Source: Octopus sinensis (Eukaryota). Taken from it: a stretch of DNA of 64,000 bases. Position 1 is the stretch's first letter; every line of letters begins with the position of its first letter. The stretch covers positions 139,996,001 to 140,060,000 of the forward strand of contig NC_042999.1 in assembly GCF_006345805.1 (NCBI RefSeq), given 5' to 3'. Shown piece by piece: positions 1-12,386 of this stretch. Made by a program: the position numbers and the translations under genes. A model generated the notes under the pieces. It was not told the DNA's origin. It saw only the letters and a list, made by a program, of their open reading frames with translations, and searched no databases.

Positions 1-1738
1 TACTCCAGTTGTGACCATCACATCTAGTATTCAGACAATATAACTAGGACTTTATTATCTAATGTTTCTTTCCTTCCATTTATAAGGTAAAGAGATTTAG
101 TTACTATCTCTAGTAGGTTGATTGACCACATCAGATGCCCTCTTGTTAGGATAAATGTTCTGATTTGATATTGTTTTCTTCATTGATATTTTGTGGCTTG
201 CTATCCAATGAATATGAATGTAAAATGTGTAGCTTTTATTTGAAAGTTTATTGAAGGAGATTTAGCTTTTATATAGAAAATATTAGTGATGATGGTAATG
301 ATGATGATGATGGTGATGACAATGATTTGTTGTTGTTGCTGTTGTTGTTTAATCCCAGATTGAGTGGACTTAAGATCAAAAGCATTCCAGTTACAACAAA
401 CCTGTTTTACAATTTTATTTTTTGAGTAATGATGGTTGCTTTTGATAAAATTCTATGGAGAAGGCAACTAAAGACTCTACCCCAATGACCTGCCCAAAAA
501 TAGTGGGCAGCAAACATGGATGGCCATAGTGTATCTATTGTCTAAGATAGATATGTGTTATTTGAAGAAGATTTGCCTATGGTTCCTTGCAGGAATCACG
601 TTGGCTTGTATTATTGCTAATAATTGTCAGATATGCTATTTCTAAAATTTCAGATTGAAAATAATATTCGGTTTCTATTTTAAAGACAGTTGAGAGATTC
701 TTGGGGTAAATTTAAATACTATATAGAATCAGCGAAGAGTTTATGAAGAAGTTCCCTTGCGAGCTTGTATGGACCTCTTTTTAAAATTAACGAACATTTT
801 ATTTACTAAATTCACCTTGTTGAGCAATTGAATAGAAGCTCTCACATTGGGTCATGGTGAGTGACCGTGACTGTAGATGTATGTGATGATAATGATGATG
901 ATAGCTCCAAAGTCCATTCACCCCTTCCTATGTTAAACTTGTTATCTATACATGCTGATGTTTACATCATATTGGTGTTGTTTCAGGAGTGGTCCTTTAT
1001 CATTAATAAAATGCATGCATCTATGTCTCATTGTCACCGTTGTCGTCATCGACACTGTCTCCGCCATTGTTGCTATCACCACCGTCGTTGTTGTCATCAT
1101 CGTCGCCATCACCGTTGTCGTTGTCATTTTCTGTCTGCTTTCCATGCAAGCATGGATTGGATGGGTTGTCATGATCTGAGTCAGTTCTTATTCAAAAGGC
1201 CATATCATTCTTGTATGTTTCATTTTGGTTTGTTTTCTATGGCTGGATGCCTGTTCAATTATCAAACATTTTACAGACTGTACTGAGTGTATTTTGTCAT
1301 AGCGCTAGCACCAGAAAGGTTATCATGTTTTCAACAAGATTAAATGGTCTTCTTGACCCTGTGTTATCTCTGCTTGCTTGACCTGTCCTCTTTTTGTATC
1401 ACACCAGTACTAGAGAGGTGGCCTTCTACCCCTGTAAGTTCCCACTCCACGATGATGTATTTGGTAGAAGGGCCAGGATGGATGAGTTGTGGGGTGAGAG
1501 TATGATGTTTAGAAACAGAGTGATGGAGGTGAGAGGGAAGTAGAAGAAGAAAGCAAATGGTAGATAATAATAGATGTGGACTCTGGTAAGACTGAGTGAT
1601 GAAAGAGTGTATCGCGTACAAATAGAGACAGTGCAACTCCTTACATAGGCTTTGTGATTAGGAGATTGAGCAATAAAAATGGTGGGAGATTGGGTACAGA
1701 TAGATTCATTCCAACGATATACCTCGTTAAAGTGAATA

Positions 1739-1740
<2 letters not shown>

Positions 1741-1796
<56 letters not shown>
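1741..1796. repeat. (ATAG)n/(AG)n microsatellite
   Basis: Direct reading of tandem units. Confidence 0.95.
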
Positions 1797-1798
<2 letters not shown>

Positions 1799-1864
1799 CT
1801 TCGTCTACAAGTTCCATCTATTTTGAGAACCTTGCTTTTCTTTAGTAGCATTCAAGTATGCACA

Positions 1865-2761
1865 CACGTGGTCTGATCAATAAGTATCCTGACTGTTGCT
1901 ATAGTAACGAAGCTAAAGCAAGCAGAGTGAAGCCGCTTGGTACAGATTGACCTTGAACTCTGCTGTGCATGCGCACTAAGTTTTAACGTTCTAGCTCATT
2001 TCCGCTGTTTACAGCAGTGCTTGAAAGGAAGGTGTTTAGCGTGTGATCGTTGCATTAATCATGACAGAGAAAGTTGAGCAGAGAATCTGCCTCAAATTTT
2101 GCCAAAAGCTTGGTGATACCTGCTCAGAGGCCTGCGCAAAGTTTTCAAAAAGTTTTCATCGTTCTCGATACAATCAAGGGGATCTTGTGCAACTGAAACC
2201 CGAGTGTCTTTTTCGTCAGCTGAAAGCAGTTTTGGCACAAACTTGGCAGACACGCGCCTCATACCCAAATCTTCAGTGATAATGGACTGAACTGAACCAT
2301 AACTAATCTGCACATCCTCTGATAACTCACGGATGGTGGTTCGAAGATTTCCTCTCGCAGCTGCACGCACATCTACGATGTTTTTCTCAGTTCTGCTGGT
2401 TGTGGGTCACCGAGAACGTTCGTCAATATCGACATTCTTTTGGCCATCTTGGAAACGTCTGAGCCACTCGTACACGTATGTGGCCCATACACTCCTCTCC
2501 ATACACTTTCTGTAACTTTGCATAGGCCTCTGAGCAAGTATCGCCATGGCAACTTTCTCTGTCATGGTCAATGCGACAATCACACGCTACACACATTCCT
2601 ACTAAGCACTGCTGTAAACATCGGAAGTGAGCTAAAGCATTAAAACTTAGTGTGCATGCACAGCAAAGTTCAAGGTCAATCTATGCTAAGCAGCTCCACT
2701 CTGCTTGCTTTAGCTTCGTTACTATGGCAACAGTCCGAGTATTTATTGATCAGACCACGTG
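1865..2761 (-). mobile_element. Mariner-derived foldback element with two inverted 5' ends
   Basis: Both ends start CACGTGGTCTGATCAATAA. TA follows the right end (2762-2763) and CA precedes the left. Arms of about 250-280 bp are reverse complements and both include the transposase start (MTEKV). Confidence 0.9.
2143..2565 (-). pseudogene. Mariner transposase N-terminal (HTH) remnant, truncated before the catalytic domain
   Basis: Translation gives ...TIRELSEDVQISYGSVQSIITEDLGMRRVSAKFVPKLLS...ENDENFLKT. AKFVPKLL matches the mariner WVPHEL-equivalent linker. It stops just before the first DDD aspartate. Confidence 0.85.
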
Positions 2762-2806
2762 TATGCAAATATACGAGTATGTAAGGATACCCATTTGCAA
2801 TTCTGT

Positions 2807-3660
2807 CAGTATGCTGCCAAGATATTTGGAAGAAGCTACGTTATTTTAGGAACTACGCGAATCTACCAGGTTAACGCTGATAAAAAATAACATTTTTATC
2901 AAGATTTATTGTGAGATCTACGTAACACGTTGCATATCAATGAAATTTTATCCATGAGAGTTTAAAGATCTGTTTCAGCAAGTGCGACGATATCACATTC
3001 ATCAGCTTACAAAGAAGTCTTTTATCAGAGGTATAGACGTGTATAATTTGAAATTAAGTTGTTTGAAGTTGTGCAGTAGTGTATATAAATTCACTTAGAT
3101 CAATCTTTGAAAGTGAAAGGTAAAATTATGTGTTGGAACAAACTGAGTTGGAACATAAGTCTATCATATGGTAGTTTAGTATAATATAGGACTAATGTTG
3201 ACTAAACGGCAAAACCACTTCAGGCTACCTTCTCTGTTATCATCTCTTCCAGGTCAAAATTAATTTAAGCATCAGTTTGTTTGCTTGTTTATTTGTTTGT
3301 TTGTTTGTTTGTTTGTTTGGGGGGTGTCTTTTTTGTAGCATTTTGATATTTTTCATCCTCACAAGTAAAACAGGTCTTAGGTAAGGCAGCAGTGTCCCTC
3401 CTGTACTTAATTTCAAATTATACATGTCTATACCTCTGACAAAAGACTTCTTTGTACGCTGATGAGTGTGATATCGTCGCACTTGCTGAAATAGATCTTT
3501 AAACTCTCATGGATAAAATTTCATTGATATGTAACGTGTTAGGTAGGTTTCACAATAAATCTTGATAAAAATGTTGTTTTTTTTTATTAGCGTTATCCTG
3601 GCAGATTCGCGTAGTTCCTAAAATAACGAAGCTTCTTTCAAATATCTTGGCAGCATACTG
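2807..3660. mobile_element. Long-TIR foldback (MITE-like) element of unknown superfamily
   Basis: 2807-3059 and 3405-3660 are near-identical reverse complements (CAGTATGCTGCCAAGATATTT...). The 345-bp spacer contains (GTTT)n. No TSD found. Confidence 0.8.
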
Positions 3661-4310
3661 AACAGGAATGCCAGTCTTGATGACAGATTTGCAAAGAATT
3701 CAGATGGCATGGATATCTTTTAGAGAATTATAATCGTCACAATTATCTCAATGGCATATAAAAATGACACTAAAATATCTACTTTAAAAACATTACTTTT
3801 TGTTTTTGTTTTATGGGTATGAAACATTCGTATTACATTCAAAGCATGTTAAAAAGTTTTCAGGAAAAAGTGTCTTCAACAAATTTTGAATATATATGCT
3901 GGAGAAATATATAATGATGTTGATGTAGAGTTAGCAAATGTTGTAAGCATAGTAGCTCTCTTGCGGCGCAGTAGATTGAGGAGGGCAGGTCCTATAGTTC
4001 GCATACAAATGAAAAAAATTTCCAAGTGTCTACTCTATAGAGAAATTACAAACCATAATTAAGACACAAAGACTGCCTTATATTAGATCTAAAAATGGTA
4101 ATATTCATATGAAAAGTTGGGAAACAAATGTAATCGATAGAAAATCTTGGGGTAAAATATACTCCAAATATTTGACGAGAAACACGCAAAACGAAATGCA
4201 GAGGAAAGAAGCACCATATATATCAATAATCACTTCAGATGTTCAACTTGGAAGCAACTCTGGTCTTGTAAGCTACATAAGGTTACATGATCGAATGCAA
4301 GCTAATAATA
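3661..4310 (+). mobile_element. Degenerate RTE LINE 3' remnant
   Basis: Frameshifted peptides LLYGYET, RSRLRRAG, KCLLYREI, RHKDCL...SWETNVIDRKSW and GSNSGLVSYIR parallel the C-terminal RTE motifs of the copy at 50.4-51.3 kb. Confidence 0.65.
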
Positions 4311-4496
4311 AATCTTTGCTTCATGAAAGAACATTTGTTTGCTAACCATGTAATAAATATCCTCTTTCTGTTGACCTGAATAGACAGTTGTTTGTACACA
4401 ATGCCAAATACCCTAATTCTGCATCGCATATAACTGAGTACAGACATTCATATGATGTGGTAAGACTTGCTGATCATCAACTGGGCTAAAATACTC

Positions 4497-4581
4497 ATGT
4501 ATGTATGTATGTATGTATGTATGTATGTATGTATGTATGTATGTATGTATGTATGTATGTATGTGTGTGTGTGTGTGTGTG

Positions 4582-4625
<44 letters not shown>

Positions 4626-4626
4626 A
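4497..4626. repeat. (ATGT)n/(GT)n compound microsatellite
   Basis: Direct reading. Confidence 0.95.
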
Positions 4627-4639
4627 TCCTGGGTATGAC

Positions 4640-4910
4640 CTTACACTACATCAGATAGTGCGGCTCTGATTGGGGAGTTTACTCTGATTCAGAATAGTAG
4701 TATCTGTTGGGGTCCCAGTTATTGGTTAATTAGCAAATGTGATGGGAATCCATCTGAATGCGGGATGCAGCAATACTCTTGGTGAATGTCAGGGTGCACA
4801 GTAAAACCACCGGGAGTGAGGGACTCCTAGCTATTGTCATAGCATCCTTCTAGGAGAGGGACACTTTGATGTAAAATCTGCGGTTTCACATAATTACTGG
4901 TCGTTTCGCT
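4640..4910 (+). mobile_element. Possible RTE 5' UTR remnant
   Basis: CCTTCTAGGAGAGGGACACTTTGATGTAAAATC resembles CCTTCCTCGGAGAGGGTAACTCCGACTTCAAACC in the 5' UTR of the RTE at about 54.2 kb (minus strand). Confidence 0.35.
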
Positions 4911-5436
4911 TCGGCCTGTACTAATCACTGAGACACAGAGAATGACATTTGTGTTGTACAAGCATTTATCACTATAATCCAGTGACGTACATGTCTCTTT
5001 ATGGTAACCTCATTTGCCATTCCATCCACTGAAAGTCCTATGGTGATAGAAAAGTTATGTGTGCAAACCTAACCAACTGGGAGCGCACAGTATGTTACAA
5101 CTTTCGTCTTTCCTTTATGCTTTCTAAGAAGCTAAACCAGGAGATTACTAATAGTAATAATGGAGGGGAAAGCTGGTAATAATCCATCAAATAAGGATTA
5201 CAATAACAGGGAAGAAAGTAATCAAACCCGTCCAAATAATTCTAACATAAATAATAATATAGACGATAACAAAAATAATGTAAGTAATGGAAATGATGAA
5301 AATTTCAATAATACTAGGAACAACAACAATGATAACAATGTAGGAAATATCAACAGCGTTAATAATAACCATAGCAACAATAAAGAGAAAATTAGAAACA
5401 GGAGAAAGACTAGTTGCTACTGGATATGAATACCTT

Positions 5437-5920
5437 TGTACGAACGTGATATACAAATATACAATTAGAACGGAAGCAGAGCTCACAGCCAGTTCCTGTG
5501 ACAGACAACACCAGCAGCATTCAGGACCTCCATCTCCGTCGCCTTCATCTTAACGACGCCAACATCTCTACGTACACAGCAACATTTGCTCGGGTTTAAT
5601 TCCTCGCTGTTTGTGAATACTTCCCCATGGTTAACAGCAAGAACTACCTGCGAGATCTTCCTGTATCAAGTGACCGGCAGTGGCATTGTAGCCACAACTA
5701 CTTACACGACACGTGCTTCGACCGGCTCTGCTTTTTCGCCACAACTTCTTGTTACAGTGTTTCACCTATTGTGTACCTCACTACGAACTGGTATTTATCT
5801 TCATTGTGTCTGAACTTCTAGCGTCCTGTTATAGACTCTTTCTATGGTCTGTATTTTATCTCACATGCAAACATCCTTGTTTGTACACACATACACATTA
5901 TGTAAACATGACGGCCTGTC

Positions 5921-5993
<73 letters not shown>

Positions 5994-6182
5994 GTACTTA
6001 TGCCGCACACAAAGACACACATGAATAAAACTCTTCTCTTAAACCTTCTATCGGTGTGTGTCTTCCTTTTCCTTCTGGCACTTGCACTCATTTATCCATT
6101 TTTTGCTTTTATTGTAAGCGACCGTGCGGTGTATTAAAGGGGCCATTCATTCGTCACCTCTCCTTCGCACGGTCGTTCTACA
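5437..6182 (+). mobile_element. Solo-LTR-like element (TG...CA)
   Basis: Starts TGTA(C)GAACG and ends CGTTCTACA (short inverted termini). ATTAAA lies near the 3' end and there is an internal (TAT)n tract. No TSD recognised. Confidence 0.4.
5920..5989. repeat. (TAT)n microsatellite
   Basis: Direct reading. Confidence 0.95.
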
Positions 6183-6189
6183 AAAGCAT

Positions 6190-6425
6190 TCACATGAGTC
6201 ACTGCACCTCCCTCACGGGCCTTGTCTGGAAACTTACAGAAGGAAAAGTACGCTACAGCATGTCATGGACAGTGATAAAAAAAATCCGTATCTGTACACT
6301 ACATACTCAGGATCTTGTAATTTCTGTTCTGAGGAGACACTATACATTTTGATATGTACAGATAAACTTGTAAATAGGCACTCCGAAATAGTTACTAGAT
6401 TCAACCATAAGCTAAAATACTCATT
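6190..6425 (+). mobile_element. Penelope-like element GIY-YIG C-terminal remnant
   Basis: Peptides TSLTGLVWKLTEGKVRYSMSWTVIKK and PY...SGSCNFCSEETLYIL...LVNRHSEIVTRFNHKLKY match the PLE C-terminal pattern (W.L....YS..W.I, C.LC..EK..I, N.RSE...CRH). Confidence 0.7.
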
Positions 6426-6624
6426 TTTGCGGTTTGGTAAAAACAATATTTAAAACTCCATCTGTTTATTTTATTATAGTGTATTTATTTGTTTTATTTC
6501 TACTTAATCCTTTTGATGAGAAATGTTCTAATGGCTACTGTGTACATGTAATTGTATGTATCCATGTGGAGCAAGGTTGTAGAAGTACTTGTTGCCAAGT
6601 ATCAATATGGGTATTAATATCAAA

Positions 6625-6651
6625 CTAGCTTGACCCGTGAAAACTTCACGG
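6625..6651 (-). mobile_element. Helitron-type 3' terminus
   Basis: On the minus strand a hairpin CCGTGAA-GTT-TTCACGG is followed by 6 nt, CTAG and then T. Confidence 0.5.
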
Positions 6652-6854
6652 AAACATAAAAAATGTAAGCATCTGTAAATAGTGTACTGGTGCTATGATA
6701 AATGTTTGTATATTATGACCGTCTGTCTTTACGTTCTGAGTTCAAATTTGTGAGTTAATTTTATCCTCGTGTAGTAATGAAAAGTGAAATTCACATCAAA
6801 TATTTGCTGTGTTTATGTATCTATGTATGGACTTTTCTTTGGATTTATGTATCT

Positions 6855-7053
6855 ACTGTCTCTCTCACTTTCTCTCTTTCTCTTTCACGTCCTTTGGGTA
6901 GCTCTTCTTACCCGTTTTGATTTAGCAATGTGTATATGTATCTATGTATCTACTTCTCTTGCGATGTGATAAACATTTAAAAACACAAAACGAACGCCGT
7001 CACCACTCACTGTCTCTTTCACTCTTTCACTCTCTCTCTCTCTTTCTCTCTCA

Positions 7054-7094
<41 letters not shown>

Positions 7095-7135
7095 CTCTTA
7101 CTTCCTCTCTGGCCTCCTCTTTCTCTTTGCCACTT
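6855..7135. repeat. CT-rich microsatellite region
   Basis: Direct reading. Confidence 0.9.
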
Positions 7136-8425
7136 CTTTGAAGTGTGACACACACATCAGGTACGTACAAAACAAAAAGATAGCGTATTGATATTATTGA
7201 TGACAGGCGAGGAAAAGTGTTTATAACTCTACTACATAGATTACTTATACTTTTTGTCAAATGTCAATGTGTGTGAATAGATAAGTATAGTTTTATAAAA
7301 GTATCTGGAACAATGTAAACAAATTCTAGTCATTCAAGGTTGTAGTGAATTTCTGTCAACATATATTAATATCAACATAATATAAATAATAAGGCAGTGA
7401 GCTAGCAGGATGAAAAGTAAAGTCGGAAGAAATGTCGCTGGGCATTTTGTCCGGCTCGGTGACACGTGTTTTAATCCATATCAGAGTGCACTCTTACAAC
7501 TGCTTTAGTGTGCTGTCGCATTGTTGGACGAATGATGGATTGTTATAGGGGTAATGCAAACAAGATTTATCATCAGTAAAATAGAGGGAACCTGTGATGG
7601 TTAAGCCACACAGATGAGAGAGCGTGTAGGATTGAGATGCATGTAAATGTACTGAATTTGTAGATCAATTTAACCTAAATCAGCAGAAGGAGAAAAAAAA
7701 AGAGGTCAAATTGTTAAAATGATGATGATAGGGGAGTAGTAATAGTAGTAGTCGTAATAGTGATGATGGTAGTTGGTGGTGACAATGAAGGTGGTGGTGA
7801 CGATTATAATGTAACTTCTGTTAATACAATAAAAAAAAAACCTTTAAAAAAGAAACAGTTTAAAATAAGATAAGAAAAAAATGCAAAGTGAAAACAACAA
7901 ACCACCGAGAAGTGCTTTCAACAGTTATTCGTAATTATATTATCTATTATCTGCAATTGATATTACCTCTGCGCAAAGTAGCTGGATTTAGTTTCAAGTT
8001 AAGACTGATAGTTTTGAAGCACGTACACTCACTAACTTATATTCACACAGTATGGAATTTGGACTTAAATCTTGTTGTATTTTCAAAAGAGTAAGTCAAA
8101 GTTTAAGATTATAATTATACTTTCCATCTAAACTGATTAGTAGGGAGTAACAATCTCTTAGTCACGTGGGAAGTTGTGTGAAGGATAGGTCATATTGTCG
8201 ATGTGGAACTGATGGTAGAATCGGTGAGGTTCAAGACGACCATTTAAGGAAGGGGTCAACTGTTAGTACTCTTAATAGTTAAGTGGGCGCTTACAGATTT
8301 TATTCTTTATGTTTGGTCATGCTAGGGCACCGCGTTGAAAGGGTTGGTCGATCAAAATGACCTCAGGGCATTTTTTGCAAGCTTAGAACTTATTCTATCG
8401 GCTTTTTTTTTTTGCCGAACTGCTT

Positions 8426-9420
8426 GCTGACAAAATGTTAGCTATGCAGATGAATCAAAAATCTCTCAGAGGATACAGAGCTCAGGAGATGTTGTGCACC
8501 TGCAGCGCGAGTTGGACGCAATACACAAGTGGGCTGAGGGCAATAACATGCAGTTTAATGCTGCAAAATTCCAAGCCCTGCGCTACCAGCACACAAAGCT
8601 AGATGAAATGCAGACATGATATACTGGCCCAGGAGGGACTGCAATACCTGAATCAAAATCAGTGCGCGACCTGGGCACTGACTTGAGTAATGGTGCATCT
8701 TTTTAGGTGCATATTACTAAGTCGGCAATAAAATGCCGGTGGCTGGCCGGATGGATCCTTAGAACGTTCAGAAGGAGAAAACAGGACACCATGATGGTCC
8801 CCTGGAAGACATTTGTCCTCAGCCACTTAGACTACTGCTCCCAACTATGATCACCTCACAGCGTAAAATTAACGGCGAAACTCGAAGCAATCCAGCAAAG
8901 CTACACAAAGAAGATCGTCTCAGTGCGACATATCACCTACTGGGAAAGGCTGAAAAAGTTAAGACTACTGTCTTGAACGAAGGCAGGAAAGATATACAGT
9001 GATATACATCTGGAAAATCTTGGAAGGACTTTTACCTAACTTTGGCATTGAAAGTTACACAAACAGCAGAACTGGACGCCACTGCATCGTGCCAAAGATT
9101 CCCACATCGCCATCAAGATACAGGACCAGATACTGCAACAGCCTGGGTTTCAAGGGCCCACAGCTCTTCAATATCCTCCCCAAAAGCCAGAGAAACCTAC
9201 ATGGAATGGATGAAGCATCTTCAAGCAAAACTGGATCTCCTCCTGTCAATATTTCCAGATGAACCTATCTCTCAGCAGGAAACCCAGATGAGGGCAGTAA
9301 CATCAAACTGTCTAATTTACCAAATGTCACATATCAGAGGACGTTTCAAGTAGCAAAGTTAACGGCAGTATTCCAGTATGGCCACATCTCTCAAGCTGAG
9401 ACTAGTTAAAGATAAAAGAT
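8426..9420 (+). mobile_element. CR1-group LINE, 5'-truncated RT and 3' end
   Basis: SYADESKI..., NNMQFNAAKFQALRY, HLDYCSQL and YIWKILEGLLPN...NSLGFKGPQLFNILP, with several stops and frameshifts. Tail at 9364-9420. Confidence 0.9.
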
Positions 9421-9954
9421 ATATATAATAATAATAATAATAATGATGGTGATGGTGATTATGATGATGATGATGATGATGATGATGGCGGCGGCGGCGG
9501 CCTTATCATATTTAATGTGTAAATAAAGGTGAGCTTGTATCAACCCATTATTGTAATTCGTAATATCTCGGCTTGACATAAACTTACTCCGTATTCTACC
9601 ACTCATACTAAACTAATATCGATTTTTTTACATTAGTATCAGACCACAAATTTGTAACAAAGATGTATAATCTATATCCAGTCAATATATGTTTTATCGA
9701 TTCCGGAGTAAGGGAAAATAAAGTTCACTCCGACAGAATTTGAACTAACAACATTGAAAGATAGAAGTAAACAGTGAAACGCGTTTAATCCAGTATTTTT
9801 GCGGGTTTGTCATTTGAAAGCTTTCCACTAATATCCTTTCTACTATAGGTACAAGGTCAGAAATTTTAGGGGAGGGAATAAATTGATTACATCAATCCCA
9901 GTACATGACTGGTATTTATTTTGGCGATCCTTCGGTATAGGTACACACGTGACT

Positions 9955-10012
9955 TTGTTTACATTTCTGAAGATAAGAGAAACCTTTTTCTCCCACCCCT
10001 AACCCTAACACC
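9955..10012. mobile_element. Internal fragment of the GGATC-terminated MITE family
   Basis: Matches about 31870-31930, including the CCCTAA repeats. Confidence 0.55.
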
Positions 10013-10074
10013 CCATATATAAAAAAAAAACACTTTCTTGAAATGTATCCGGTACTTCCGGTACTTACACTGGT

Positions 10075-10218
10075 ACTTATACCGAAGTTACGCCCTTATT
10101 TTTATCGATCCCGAAAGGTTGAAAAGCAAAGTCGACTTCAGGGGAATTTGAACTCAGAGCGTAAAGACGGACGAAACATTTTGCCTGGCGTGCTTACAAT
10201 TCTGTCCGCCTTCGCTTT
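10075..10218 (-). mobile_element. tRNA-derived SINE (family A) fragment
   Basis: Reverse complement of the 12387 copy; B box GAGTTCAAAT. Confidence 0.8.
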
Positions 10219-11087
10219 CCACTAATATCTCAGAATATATTAAGCACTGAAATTCTTTGAATAGATTCCTTAGAAATAACTTTGGGCGGTTTTGTCTGGA
10301 TTCGTATTTTTTCATTTTTTAAACATATAATCAAGAACGACGGCGGCAGTGGTGACAACGACAGCGAAAACTGTCCTGATACTTGATAGTTGGAACTTGT
10401 AATAAAAAATGGAATTAAAACAATGAAGATCGGGCATGACAAATGACCTTTTGCATGCAACATTTCAAAGTTATTAAATGGAATGTCGGAACCATATAAC
10501 AGAGTTGCTGGTTTTGTCAGGTCATTATCAAATCAGGTCAGTCGGTGCCAATTTTGGAACTTAATTTTGGCAATAACACAAAGTTAAAAGCCTACGTCAG
10601 CTGAAAGAGAAGGCAACAGATGGCTTATCTATTTTGGTTTCTGGGCACATTTGATTTCATATTTAGATACAATGCTCTAAATTTATGAAGAATTATAATA
10701 TTCATGCTGTTCGCAAGAGCATCAGCGACAACAAGGAATAAATAATATGGCTAGAAAAAACAAACATATGGAACAACTGTTTTTTATAAATAAGTAGAAA
10801 AAGAAAATACCGCATCTTTTTTTTTTTTCTAACATTTGTCCCATTTTAAAGTTTAATAGAAAGCTAAAATAACAGGAAGACTTAATCACGATATATTACT
10901 CTGGAGACCACATAGTTTAAAACAGAGGGAAACAAAGCTGCTTTTTTTCAATTCCATTAGCAAACAACTGAAATGAGGCGAAATATAATGGATGTAGCTT
11001 CATCAGCAATTTGAAATTGGCTCGCGTATGCAATTTCCCTGAACTTTATTCTGTCGAAAAACATCTAGTATGTTATTTTATATATCA

Positions 11088-11410
11088 TTATATACACTAC
11101 TAAAGGTGGCAGGCTGGCCGAGTGGGACAAATACTTTGTGGTCATTATGTTCTGACTTCAATTTATGCCGAGGTCAACATTACCTTTCATCCTTTCTATG
11201 TCGGTAAATTAAGTACCAGTTGAGTACTGGGGTCGATATTATCGACTGTCCCCATCTCCACAAAATCCAGGCCTTGTGCTTATAGTAGAAAGGATTATAT
11301 ACACTACTAAAGGCGGCAAGCTGGCAGAATTGTTAGAGTGGGACAAATACTTTGTGGTCATTATGTTCTGACTTCAATTTCTGCCGAGGTCAACTTTACC
11401 TTTCATCCCT
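11088..11410 (+). mobile_element. Tandemly duplicated SINE family A (period about 206 bp)
   Basis: Both units share the upstream flank ATTATATACACTACTAAAGG and the same internal deletion. Confidence 0.8.
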
Positions 11411-12386
11411 CCGCTAAAATAAATAAAGCAGACTCTGATCGAAGTAAATAACCAAAATTTTGCCAATAATCAATGGTGCATGCAACCCATATACATGTAA
11501 TATAAATATCATTATAACTCGTCTTGTATATATTATTACACTGTTGGAGCGAAACAGAATATACAAATTTTATATAATATGTGTTCAGTGCATATATTTT
11601 CTATTGCCAATATAAACGAATTTTCGTAATTATATGAACAATTTCTATGCACTAAAACATAGTTGCAATACATATATCAAAGACTGTACATTTACATTTT
11701 TGTATGGCATCATGCATTCATTACTGAATATAATTTAATACGTTGCTCCATTCAGTCATTTTTATGAATGTGGTTAGGGCTGCTCCGGATGTGCCTGTGC
11801 ACCCTTTCCTCTTTATGGCGTTTTTATGTCCTCTTTTCTTTTTCATCTTGTGTTTTATCTTGTGTACTATGCATGCACTTTTCGCAGCCATTAACTACTT
11901 TTCTTTACTTGACTTATTGCTGCTTTCTACCCCCCCCCCACTTATCCTTTTCCGACGATTTGTAGTCCGCCTGAGTGCCGTATACAATAAGCTGATTATT
12001 ATATTATAAATATGATGATGTAGATTTTTTATTCTAACATTTCTAATACAGAAGCTGTTTCGAATTAAATTTCCTTGGCTATCATTTCTTTGTATGCACC
12101 ACCTGAAAAGTTATAGATAATAAATATCGTTGTGTATTTTCGACTCTTAAAGTAATATTTAACACATTCGAATATACTCAGACGTGGGAAGACCTTTCAC
12201 TGCGGAAATAGTCTCGGAAGAAAATTCTACTTGACATGTGTTAAAACTCATTAGAGTATGAATGACGTCACTGGATCATGGGACCCATGCATTTCTGCGT
12301 CATATCGCATCGTCAGCAATGAACACCAGATCTGTCCTTCACAGCCTCATAAGAACAAATTCATTCTTACATTAGAACAATATATA

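Noticed and set aside
861-1286. 141-aa His/Cys/Arg-rich ORF and overlapping ORFs
   Set aside because: They arise from degenerate trinucleotide repeats plus a SINE-like fragment.
3459-3491. Hammerhead-like CTGATGA...GAAA in the foldback arm
   Set aside because: Five unpaired nucleotides separate stem II from GAAA, and there is no stem I, stem III or NUH.
5160-5429. Asn-rich ORF
   Set aside because: It is a translation of a degenerate AAT/AAC tract with no domain or splice support.
12263-12270. CRE palindrome TGACGTCA
   Set aside because: A single 8-mer is expected by chance, and there is no promoter context.
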